DNA of 63,802 nucleotides, filler included, from Lenisia limosa (Eukaryota; Protista; Breviatea): assembly GCA_001655205.1 (NCBI GenBank). It is 16 parts of 16 records of this genome, joined end to end, with 100 filler letters (N's around TTAATTAATTAA, not from the genome) between each part and the next. Parts side by side here need not be neighbours in the genome. Positions count along the whole stretch, not along the records: positions 1 to 19,853 come from LPNZ01009605.1; 15 more parts are not named here. The stretch is one strand, 5' to 3'. Positions 1 to 11,856 of this stretch are shown piece after piece. Position numbers and translations under genes: made by a program. The notes beneath the pieces are model-generated. The model was not told the origin of the DNA, did not search any database, and saw only the letters and a program-made list of their open reading frames with translations. Every line of letters begins with the position of its first letter. Positions within the stretch are counted from its first letter, which is position 1.

Positions 1-3000
1 GGGGTCTATAGCGTGAAAGAGTGGCAGTGAGCAGAAAACAAAAAAGGATGTAGTTCGAATCTTTCACATTTACAAGGAAGCGTAACATATATAGCAATGA
101 GAAATAATAATAATAAAAAAAGGTTGTATCGGGCAAGAAAACGTACATAATAATAGCCAAGAAATAATGAAATTCACAAACCTGGGTAGGGACTTGGCTT
201 TGAAGTTGAAGGGGCGCGGGTTGTGTGCTCTACACCATGTCAAAAAAAAAAAAAGANNNNNNNNNNNNNNNNNNNNNNNNNNNNNNNNNNNNNNNNNNNN
301 NNNNNNNNNNNNNNNNNNNNNNNNNNNNNNNNNNNNNNNNNNNNNNNNNNNNNNNNNNNNNNNNNNNNNNNNNNNNNNNNNNNCGCAACGTACCTGGAGT
401 GGCGCAGAAAGAGGCGTGCGTGTGGCTTGAGCCGGCGGCGTGGGCTTGATAGTTGCGGAGTTGGAGGAAGGGACGATGGGAGGGGTGGCGGCAATACTGG
501 AGCCCTGGTATCCGGGGTAGGCGTAAGCTTGGACCTGAGACTGGGCTTGGGGGGCTGGCGCTGCCATAGGGGTACTCAAGCTAAAGCATAACGATCGGGG
601 TAAATATGGCCAATAATCGCAAAATGAACAGAATAACAAAAGGGGGGTGGCGTACATTGGTTGCTGCTGCTTGCGGAACGGGGATGCAGTGGCAAACTGG
701 GGCGTCGGCACCGGAAGATGCGAGTCCGGCGAGGTGATGGGCGTGTTATGCGTGGACGGGAAGCTACTGGGAGGGTTGATGAAGGGCGGAGAGTCTTGGC
801 CGGAGAGACGGGCTCGATGCTTTTCCATAATGGCCTGCTGCTTCTGCTGGTGCTGACGATGAAGGTCTTCGCGGTCTTTCAAGAGCTGGTTTTCAAGAGC
901 CTCGAGCTCAGCCTTGAGAATGTCAGCCTCAGCGGCCTCCTGCGGCGTGTGTGTCGACTGGGGGGTGTGCGTTTGGCTCGGAGGCTGAGAGGAGACGGTC
1001 GGGACGGGCTTGGGGGTGTCGCCAGCAGCCTTCGGGACCTGGGATTTCTTAGCGGCAGACTTCGGCGGCAGGCCGGGCTGGGGAGTCGTTTGTGTGCTCG
1101 GGAGGTTGTCCATGTTTGCCGTGGCTATCGGCTTCGGCGTGGTTTGCTGGAAAATGAGGGCCCCTCAAAAAGATGTCAATACTATTACGATTCTTAGCCA
1201 AGAGATTGGGAGACCCACCAACCTTAACAGGGATCTGGGCCGCAACACGTTCATAGGGAGGAACGTCGTCTAAGAACAGCAGTAGAGAGCGAAGGATGAT
1301 ATCACCTGTCGATTCCTGGAGCAGGTCATAAACAACAACAAAAAGAGAAGAAGAAAATTAAGGCGACATTGTCGATGCAATTGAAAGGCACGGGGTCAAA
1401 CCTTGAAGCGGAACTCCTTGACCATCTCATCGACGACTGCCGAGGCCTTGTCCTCCTGCAGGTTGTAGGGGAACGTGACTTCGCGCCGCTTCTCGCCGAT
1501 GCGGACCACCATTTTGAGGTGAAGCTCGTGCTCACTGGGTCGTTTAGCGCACGTGATCTTGGCGGTGGCCTTTCGGTGCTTCGGCTGCTCCTTGGGTGTT
1601 GGCTCTTTCAGCACTTCGCCTTCCTGAAAATGTTACTCCAGCAGTTTCAAGAGAATCAAGTGGTCCGGGGTCCCACCTTCTTCAGCGGACGGTCCCTTCT
1701 GTCGCGTTCTTCACGGTCGCGCTCTTTCTTCTGCCGCGCAACTTCCTGCACGCGTTAATAGCGTAAAAGAAAAAAAGAAGAAGGGGCAATAGAGAAGGAA
1801 AAAAGACCCCCCCCCCGCAGACTTTGAGCTCGTGTTGCCGCTTGTTGGCTGGCTCGGCCGCCTGCGGGTCACCGAACTGGTCGGAAAGGTTGACAGGGCG
1901 GTTGTCGAAGTCCTCGTCCGGCAGGAGGAAGTCGTCATTGAGAAGCGACTGTGCTGTGGATCGATCGGCGACCGCACACTGCAATGTTATTTGCTAGATG
2001 GAAGGAAATGCAATGTCAGTTGCTGGATGAAAGGAAATGCCACCAGATGATTAGGTTCGGTTCGAAAAATACCTGTAAAAAATATCGAGAAATTCAGTCT
2101 TTTTTCTAACCGAATTGAAGCCCTATATTGAGAAGCTTACCAGACACTTGGAAATGAAGGTGCTGATCTTTTGGTTACGGATCTTGGTTAGAGCACTTGG
2201 CTGTACACCCTAAAGAATGATGGGAACTTTCTGAGAAAAAGAGAAAGCTACGTACTACTACATTATATTAAATTTGTAGTATTTTTGCTTCCAAAAAAAA
2301 ACTACAAGCGTCTTAGGTAGATTCAACCTTTCCGTTTCTCGATTAATTTCCAATAACTCCCTCAAACGCTTGTGACTTTGCGGTATATTTGTGCAGCGTT
2401 GGCGCATTCAGCGTAAGGGTACTCCTTGGTCACCATCTCCATAACACACATGCCGAATGCGTACACATCAACAAGTTCGTTGTAATGTTCATCATAAAGC
2501 TCGGGCGCCATGAATTCTGGGGTTCCTGGGGGGTGAGGACAAAAGGGATAGCATGAAAAAATCTTTACAATTGCAGTTCGAGGAAGACAATTCAGGACCT
2601 TGATATTATACTAAAATATTTGAAGTCCTTTCTAAGATAGCCTCAATCTGAGTCCAACAAATTCCCCTCACTCCCACCAAGAACTGAAACAGCATAGGTC
2701 TGCGCCTTAGAAGTCGCAAGCCCGAGGTCCCCGATCTTGATTGCCCCACTGTGACCATTGATGAAGATGTTGTCGCATCTAGGATGTCAAAAACAAAAAA
2801 AAAACTGGGGGGGTGACCAACTTGAGATCGCGATGAATAATGGGAGGATCGCGCGAGTGAAGATAAACAAGGCCTTCAAGAATTGTCCTGCACCACTTTT
2901 TAACAACACGGAGTTTGGTTTGCTTGCTCTTGAGGAGGAACCTGGAAATGGTAAGGCCTTCACCTCAATCGAAAGTGAAACCTACTGTCTGAGGGTTCCG

Positions 3001-3651
3001 GAGGTCATGAGTTCAGTGATAAAGACCATTCTATTGCCATCAATGTTCCACCAGTCGATAACTTCGAGGATAGCGGGATGGGAGAGGCTGTTTAGAATCG
3101 AGACTTCACTAAAGAAATGACAACCCGTCCTAATAAGCCACAGAATCTCAAATAAGCATCAAAACCAGAAATAATACAAAAGTAAAAATGAAAGACAAAA
3201 CAAAGTGTCTTAATAAGGGACAACAGCGTCCCCTAGCTTCCGATTAAACAAAAAAGAGCATGAAGCAGCTTACTTGATGATGCTTTCCTTGACGCTCTTC
3301 GGAAGATCTGTAAGGGACACTTCGTTCCAGGCAACTTCTATCCCTTCTTCTAAATCATAGGCACGGTACACATCCTTGCTTGCTCCTCGACCAAGAATAT
3401 CGTGAGACTGGAACAATAAGAACAAGAAACCATCACTAGAACCAGACAAGTTGAATTCATACCTTGCCATATCGCTTATCAGGCGACATTTCCACAAATG
3501 AATCTTCATCAGGATCAGAATGGGTGCTAATAGGCTTCGCAGTTGGGGGAATAAGCTTCTCCTGAAGCTTCCCGGCAGTTGCCGTGATATCAACACTTTT
3601 TGAACCTTCGACTACCTCAGCGGCACCTTTTTCTTGCGGATTGGAAGCCAT
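1..3651 (-). CDS. WNK: WNK (with-no-lysine) Ser/Thr kinase, multi-exon; 3' end runs off the window start
   Basis: ATG at 3651 (MASNPQEKG...). Exons read [29 protein letters not shown] (Lys in the Gly loop; Asn at the usual subdomain-II Lys), [22 protein letters not shown] and [56 protein letters not shown]2-like segment [25 protein letters not shown] lies in ORF 1396-1614, followed by a Pro/Gln-rich tail. An acceptor-like CTATAG near position 6 suggests the gene continues beyond the window. Confidence 0.93.
2052..2125. mobile_element. MITE family A copy (degenerate) in a WNK intron
   Basis: TTCGGTTCGAAAAA...CGAGAAATTCAGTCTTTTTTCTAACCGAATTGAAGCCCTA matches the family consensus seen at 28252-28350. 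Confidence 0.75.
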
Positions 3652-4620
3652 TTTTGTTGAATCTAGTAAAAGTGGTCAACTAGCAGCATTCTGTTATTTA
3701 TTATCCTTTATGAACTCAAGGATTCTATTATAACTCATGACAACTTCCTTATACACTTCCTCAAGTCAGAAGGGGGACGCTTTAGAGAGGCCACGTCACA
3801 TAAACTTGTTGTCACAACTAATTAGACACTCTCTACGCAGGTGATGGTGAAAAGTTTCAAACAAATCGAATTTGGTGAAAACAGAAAAAGGAGTCTGAAA
3901 AAGTGAGTCGCTCCGTTTGGCTCTTTCAATACAGCGTTTCGAAAAGGTTGTATTTATGTCATAATTTAGTATAGTATTGCTCTAAAATTGTAAGTTATAA
4001 GTATAAATCTTAAAATGGTAGTTTAAAAACTTAACACAGTGCAGTTCTTTCTAAGCACACACTATCCCTTGCTCTTTCTTGCTTTATTTAAGCGGAAAAT
4101 ATTTATATTATTTAGTGTAACATTATTACAGGATCAACAAATGGCAATACCTAGATCCTCATCCTTGATACTTTGGGTCCTCAAGCTTGACTTTGTTCAA
4201 ACTTTGAAACTTTGCAGAAACTTTGTTCCACCTTTGTTCTAACACAATTCTAACAAGCGCAGAACAGCAAACTTGCAACTTTCTGACAACCCATTTGAGT
4301 ATTGGTGAGACTGTGAGTTTGGGAATTCTTCGTGGAACGGTGTCTTGAAGTCTTGGACAGCTTAGACAGCTTAAGACCCTCAAAAAAAAAATAATTATAA
4401 GAGTTGTTGACAGGGGTTGAATGGAAGGAGAGGAGCCAAAAAAATAGGGGAGGAGGAGGATGGGGGGAGCTTGACCCCTTGGCTGCGAGCCACCAATTTT
4501 TCATTCCACCAATATTCCTAGAAGTTAAGGGACCATAAGCATTAACTATATACAAAAGGGAACAAATGGAAACAAAATAACACACATATTAACATTGAAA
4601 GATTTAACATAAAAAAAACA

Positions 4621-7600
4621 CTATCTTCGCTTCCTTGGAGGGAGTGTGGCTCCAAGTATCTTGCTGACTTCAGTAAGACGACTAAGCCGCTCTTCGTCTG
4701 GTTGTTTATTTCTGGACATTTCAAGCTCACTAAGGCCCGGGCTGGAAAGTAAAAAAACTGGTGTGAAAAGATAGCACAAAGACTGAAAAGGTAAATTATG
4801 ACGTATCCCAGTTCCTGTCCAAACCTTTGTGTCATAACCCGTTCAGATGTCAAGAGACACAAGCTGCTACATTGCCGTATTGATGTGCTCTGGAGAATGA
4901 AATATGGCGACTTTGGAAAAATGACTCATAAAATATGATATTTTTCGTGGATAAGAGGCCTTAGATATTTTTCGTGGATATATACCCCTCTTGTGATTAT
5001 TGGAGTGGTTTACCACAAACAGGTAAAATGGGTACAGAGCGATGGTAACAGCTTGGATTCGAGGTAACAGGTTTCTGTGGAGCAGGAACAACTAAGAGAT
5101 AAGAAAAAGTTGAGCTTGGAAACGAAAGTCTCCAAACATACCGATTGGAGGTAACCCGTGTTGTTGTCGCTCCGTGTGGCCATGAGCCTGATGCGCCTCG
5201 GGCGGAATCCCTTGCTGAAAAGTCAGCAGTAGCCAGACCTGGATATTGCTTTGGTGCCTGTCTTGATATTGTGTTATCCAACCCGCAAACCATTCCCAAA
5301 TCCGAGATATCATTGAGACTATGGCTTCGTGGCGGGGCAAACCGATTAAAGGGGATAGGGGAAGGGATCTAGTGATTAGACGGTGGAGGAGAGGGGCAGT
5401 GGGGATAGGGGAAGCGATGTAGATTCCAACGAGAAAATCTGGAAGTGGGATCCGAATAATACTCCACAATTATAACCCTTACTTTTGGAGGTGGAGGGGG
5501 GCCTGCTTCATCAGACACACTATGACTATGCGTCTAAGAGATTGATAAAAATATCCCGGTTATAATGGGGAGGGTGGAAAGAGTTTGATTGTGTTAAGGG
5601 TGTTCAGAGGGATGCAGGAGGGCTTTAACCAAAATCATCTCAAAGAACACCTGCAACACAATCAAACGAGCCCACTCCCGACACTTTCCAAAGGTGTCCT
5701 GAGTGAATACGGGAAATCATGTGCCTGCAAGGATTTTGGTTTGAGTCGGTTTTCCCAGGGATTGTCAAAATTTTTGGAAATAGACGTTTTGTCGTTCACA
5801 TTAAAAGGAGAAGGTGGCAGGGGGACTTGAGGCACCGAGGCTGGCTTTTTTTGATATCTCGCAAACTGTGCTAAAATTCCTTTTTAACTTAATATAGTGT
5901 ATGAAATATAGAGCATGAATCAAATCAACCCTTACAAAAAAGAAAAAAAAGGAAGAAAAGAAGAAGAAAAAAAAACAAGAAAGAAAAGAAGGAAGAAAAT
6001 AATCCAAGGGAAAAAAAAGACAAAAATGAAAACCATTAATGCACATGTCTTCGATCCTGTCAATACACAATAAATAAAGACTTTTGTTAAACCTGAGTAC
6101 CTGCCTGGCAGTATGGGATATGGAGTACTTCAGAGGTAACGTGGTTGGTGAGCCAATGGTAAACTGGTTCGTTTTTGTGTTTTGAGGGGGATGCGATACT
6201 CGCTGAAAGTTCTCGAGAACTCTCGAAAGATCACTAGCACTCATTTGCGCATGACTAAGAAGTGAGCCATATTACAGGTTTTATGGTTGAATAACATAAC
6301 AAGATTGCCCCCATACTCAGTTGAGACCTTGCTCGAAATAAACTCAACAGACGCCGCTGACTCCTGTGGGAATAAGTCTGCGACTAAAAAAAACAGAATA
6401 AATCGTCTCAATTTTACCCAACTTGCCCTATGTTGATTAGAAAAAAGAGATAGCACACCTTCATCTTAGTTGTTAGGCATTGTAGTCGTGAAACCAACAA
6501 CTCGTGGGACTTATGAATATCGTGAAACTGTGCGGTTAAAAGAATAGATTAACAATCGTAACAAAAGAAACAACGATACAAAATTAAAATCCGAGTAATT
6601 GGAGCCCACCGAGGCAGTTGCCACCTCAGGCATTTTAGCGACGGCAGTGTTGAAGTCGAACAAAAGCCCCGACGCCCAGTCCGGAATGAGTCTGTTGTGA
6701 CGTTAGAAAATGCAAGAAGATAGGATAATTTCTGGTACACACTGAATTGAAGTCAATTACACCTCCAACTTCGGTAAATGGATCCCACAGCCTTTTGCCA
6801 GTGCCCGGCCTGGAAGGTCTTTCGGATACTTTTTGACAAAGGCCCGAGCAAAGTTTTGGGCGGCTTCGTATTTGTGGATGCTTGAAGATGCTTCAGCTTG
6901 GGGTGGACATGTGAACAGTTTCATTGCACCCCCGGAGGATAAACTGATACCACAATCATAACAGTAACAGAGAAGGGATTCGTATTGGACCACAAACGTA
7001 CTGAGTGGTAAAAAAAAAGGGATTCAGTATAACCCACCTCTTTTCATGGAAATAGCCTTTAGAATCTTCGTTGCGAAGTTCAAAAATGGGATTGTACTCA
7101 AGATTAGAAGTCTATTTTGTTATGAATGTCTGCTTCCCAAAAGCTCTACGGCTGTATGCAGCTACAGCCTACTTTTCCGCACCCAATCTGACGAAACGCA
7201 AAAGAGCCCCCGGCACTGCTATAGAGAGAATTGCTGACTAATACAGACACCTAAAGGTCAATTAGTTTGTCACCATTTGAAAGAAATTCGCCAAAAAGTA
7301 TTAATTCAGTGTTAAACAAGTACCAGACATACATCTAAAGCAAGCGCAGCATGCGAGAGAATTATGGTCTCTTTTTCCAAGGATTCAATCGGTATGAAGA
7401 GAGGAAGTGATATTATCTAGAGCGTCATAAAATGCCTCATACACCAACGTACCAACTCATAGTATCAATTTATTATAATGGCATAAGACTGTTATATCAG
7501 AGAATTACTGAGTAGACAAGGGTGATTTCATTCCCACAAACTCCCCAGGATTGCAGAACCTCTTTTTCGTGTTCGGTGTAGCTGGAAAGAATACTTGGTC

Positions 7601-10600
7601 CACAATTGACACCAACACTCATTTTGACAACCTGCGCGAAATGACAACGACAAAATCAAGGTGCCAAGTTTTCAGAAAAGCTCAAGATTATCCAGTAAAA
7701 CACCTCAAACATTGAAAAAGAGCATAAAATCAACCTCAAACATTGATAAAAAAGAGTATGAAAATAGTTCAAGCGCCACGAAATGTCAAAGCAGACTTAC
7801 CGAAGATTGGCTCTTGCCTATTGCCTGGCAAAAGAGAGAGGCCTTAATTGAGGGGTTCGGTACCGTCTCCGAGAAGGTTATTGTGAGGGCATCCGTGTAG
7901 AGGTGTGAAACCTGCCAAAGGTAAACTTCTAGTAAAGTGACTTTTAACCCTGATAATGCACCCACATTTCCCGAGAAAATAAATGCAAGTTGAATGAGCT
8001 CCCGCAAAACTGCCCCCAAAAGGAACATGGAGTCTTTGTCATCTAAAAGGTTAGGGATGAACTAGAACATGTTTTTTTTTAGGAAATCCCTTACTTGATT
8101 GATCTTGAATATGGAATAGCGAAATATGAACCACTGAAATGATGGGGAAAGTATGTCTTTCTGAAAGTAGATTTTCACTAAATCGTTAAACGTAACAGCT
8201 CGATTTATGTCTCTTCAAGAATAAAGCTGCCAGCAAAAATCACAATTGACACATAATACTAAGAAATGATAGTCCGTGTTAAAAGACTTTTAGGAACAAA
8301 GTGAATTCAGTTATATATAATTCTCACCTGTGTCTGAATAGTGGTGAGCCTTTATGGAGTTTTGCTACGAGCGCAAGGGTTGACGTGCAGGCCAATATGG
8401 TGAGCATTCCTCCAATCATGGCAAACTGTAGAAGAAGGGTTCGCGCATCTGACATTTCCCAAGCCTGGAATGTCAGGAATGGAGAGGGAAAGGAAAGCAG
8501 TTAGAGATACAAAGAGACTCCCACGCACAAGGGTTTCTTCATAATCAATGGCTACCATCATATTGATGGAGAATGTTCTGAAGTTGAGTGTCGAGTACTA
8601 AATTGGTGAACAGAAGTCTTGATGAATCACCAGGGCACCAAATATCGCAGTCGTCTTCTCACCATTATTTCGGTTTTTAAATCCATTGTGATTGAACCTT
8701 CTTTGCCTGAACTGAACCCCACATTTTCCTCAAAATAACTGAGAACGGTTTTGAGGGGACTCTGTTCAAGAAACGAATAATGTACCTAAGAAGATATAAA
8801 TAACAACATTTTCTCAAAACTCTGTGATAGCACTCACCGATGGTGTGAATCGTTTGTCTATTTTGAACATAGTCTCTTCGTTGCGTGCATATATGACATA
8901 TCCCTCGGTGTCAACAATAGCTGCCATATAACTCGTCGTGTTCTAGAGGGTGAGAATCACTAGTCCAGTCATTGAATTATTGCTTCCAAGAACCCCACCA
9001 CTAAGGAATTGATCTGGTCCATAATGCTAGTTACTGCAGTTGAGCCCATAGTTGCTCCTATGATAGTCTAAAAGGTCAATAGTCCAAACATAAGTTACTG
9101 CGGGATTTTTTTTGGAAACAACCCCCTTCCCACTTCAACATCAGCTGATGGTTGACCAACATCAAGCAGCCATGTTGGACCTTTTTTCAGTTCATCACTG
9201 ACATCACAGTAGACGCTGGGGATGAGGATGCCGGTAAAGTAGGATAAATAGTGATGAAGTGAAAAAAAAAGCCATGACCAGACAGAAAATTATGAAGCCA
9301 AAAGTGGGGTTTTGCATAAGAAAAAAAAACAGGGTGATGGGTGCTCATTTTTAATCTTGAAGATAGAATTTTATTTTTTCACGAGTCAAAAAGCACCTCA
9401 GCTGCCTACTAGTCATCAATAATTGGAGTTGTCTCCAGATTTCGTACGTTAGTGACACCACCAAGGAAGTAGCTTGCCAATAGACCCCCTGGTTAATGTG
9501 AGGGTATCATCTGACTTCAAAAAAACAGGAAAATACTATTATAGTATATTATATTACATAGTATTATTATATTCATTTGTGTACAATTGTAGTTTATTAC
9601 GTCTTCGGTTTCTCTTGGGTTTAAGACAATATCAAATGATGACATAAAGCGTAAAATGAGATACAAAAGTAGCCTACCAAGTTGGGATTTGAAATTTTCT
9701 GACACATAAAGACCACCTCTTTGGTTGATGACTCTAGCGTACCAGTCGCTACTCAATTAACACAATCCACACCTTGTCTTAATTTTGCAACAACGCACCT
9801 TTCCAATATGGAATACTGCGCATTTGGTATAGACCTTTTGACAGCCTCTCCTGCACTATTGACTTCATAAAACGCCTTGTGGTAGGCCTGAAAGTAAGAT
9901 TAAATAAACCCAAAAGTCTCACCTCAATCGGTTCGCAAAATGAACAGTTGCTTTGGACAATTTCACCTGTTTGGTTCACACCCACATTGTACGAGGTCTC
10001 ATATTGCACCTTGCCTCCAACAGCAACTGTTGAGGTAAGGAACAATTTTTTGAAAAAGAAAGGTTTCTTTAGAATTTCGATACCATCCAACAAAGATCAT
10101 AGCCTTGGAACAAATTATCTGGGGATGCTAATCCGACAAACGTCACTCCAGGGAATTGATGAACCAATCTAAAACATGATAATGGCTCCAAAACGAACAC
10201 AAAGAGTATATCATAAACAGAAAGATAATAATGCTCACCTCCACAAAAATTGATTGTTAAGATTATAATTTTCGGTTCCTAGTCTCATCTAAAATATTGT
10301 TAATAAAAAGTCAACAAAATAAAAAGGTCAAAAGCCATCCACGCCATCACGTTAAGCGTAGGGGGTACGATGAATCAAATAATCTGAAACTCCAAAACAA
10401 AAAACAACAACAACAACAAAAAAAGTAATTACAAAAAATAAGGAAATTTCGGTGAGAATAATTGCGAAAAGGTACTAATCACGAACCGAATAATCTGAAA
10501 CTCCAAAAAACAAAAAACAAGCAGTAACAAACATAAGCAACAAATGTTGAAACTTGACAAAAACCAGATGACACAAAAACAAAAACAAAGCCCAAACCAG

Positions 10601-11400
10601 CCTTTGAAGAGTCCCACCACCGCTTGATTACCCAAACGTACCTGTAGAGCGTTAAAAAAGTAAGAAACCAATCACACCGCCGTCCCAAGCATGTGTGTGG
10701 GAGGGAGGGAGTAAAACGGAGGAAATTTCGATGAAGATTTTTTGCGTAAAGGTACTTATCACGTAAGAATGGAATGTCTGATGTTGAGGGAGACCTCGCA
10801 GTAACAAAAGAGTACGCACATATCCCTACCCGAAGTCCTTTTTCTAAAAGAAACGCATTCGTTAGGACTGAAGAGACTTTCACATGCTCCTAGAAGGAAA
10901 GAATGAGGAATAACGAGAATATTGCACACAGCTTTTGTGGAAAACGCTCCTAGACAAATACCCCCGACTCTTCACTCAACTCACCAGGACGGACAGACCA
11001 AGACCAGTTTCCATCAGCTTAATAGTCATACCCAGGGACTAAATGATCACCACAGGAGCGGGAAGAATGGGCAATGAAGGCCAGAGAAGATGAAGGAACA
11101 GTCCACAATGAATACCCACCGTTTTCTGCATTTCATTTATATTTATGGTGCACATGCTGTTGGAAAGGTCCCATAATGCCACCATTGAAAAGATGACGGT
11201 CATTGAGAAGGCCACAAACGTCAGAAGAATGACATACCCGAGGCTGCGAGGTAAAGTGCGTTAATCATTTTACTACAATTTTGACCTCATTTTATCAAGT
11301 TACTTGGGTAGTCTCACATCCCAACCAACTTGATAGACAGTCCCACTGGTGAGCTTCGGTTTCTCATTCCAGCAATGTGCCCAGAAGGGGTGCCAGTGGA
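4621..11400 (-). CDS. Receptor-like protein: TM1 - extracellular Cache-like domain - TM2 - degenerate class III adenylyl/guanylyl cyclase-like domain(s); 5' boundary approximate
   Basis: Exons spliced by eye: TM1 LGYVILLTFVAFSMTVIFSMVALWDLS (~11110-11240); Cache-like TIIGATMGSTAVTSIMDQINSLV|NTTSYMAAIVDTEGYVIYARNEE (~8830-9070); TM2 LLLQFAMIGGMLTILACTSTLALVAKL (~8360-8440); cyclase-like ELIQLAFIFSGN|VSHLYTDALTITF (7797-8010), KMSVGVNCGP...VCGNEITLVYS (7509-7632) and FAFRQIGCGK|YNPIFEL; second cyclase-like stretch KVSTEYGGNLVMLF (~6290-6360). A stop at 4621-4623 ends the last readable exon. Whether all exons belong to one gene is inferred. Confidence 0.65.
10440..10533 (-). repeat. Dispersed intronic repeat family F
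   Basis: GGAAATTTC-GATGAAGA...AAAGGTACTAATCACGAACC motif shared with 10720-10762, 28815-28882, 41054-41127 (opposite orientation), 45845-45882 and 59571-59602. Confidence 0.7.
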
Positions 11401-11856
11401 TTTACTTGTTTCCTTTATTGGCGTTTAGTCTTCCATTTTCGACAACTGCACCACGCTGTATGAAGAAAGGATGTAGAAGAGACCAGCAAGTCATGCAAAA
11501 CCTTGGACAAGGGATATATTCAAAAAGAGTCCGTTATAAATTGGTTTACAAAGAGTTTACAGCCCTAAGTGATCCCAAAGTCCTGTAAAAGCAGGAAAGC
11601 GCGCCAGTATAGCTATATTTTTTAAACCAAGCTAAACTGTCCCTTTATTCAATCACACATACCATATTTGCAATTATATTTCAACTTTAGTACCTTCCGT
11701 ACAAAAAAGAACTTCAAGATTCTTGAACGATTTCGATATTTTGTCGAAAATTTTTGAGTTTGTCAAAATGTCCCATTCAAATTAGATCTTTTTTAATCTT
11801 ATTAATTTATATACATATATACATATAGTCACAGAGTTTATTTTTTGTTTTAGACA

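Noticed and set aside
661-1197. Plus-strand 178-aa ORF and other long ORFs antisense to WNK, malic enzyme and the C2H2 gene
   Set aside because: They are shadow ORFs of GC-rich coding exons on the opposite strand; many other listed ORFs are inflated by N runs.
7417-7510. Stops in all three frames after the GNEITLVYS exon, suggesting stop-codon reassignment
   Set aside because: An ~90-nt GT..AG intron ending at CTCTAG removes them, and eIF3b, malic enzyme and PCYT2 use standard stops.
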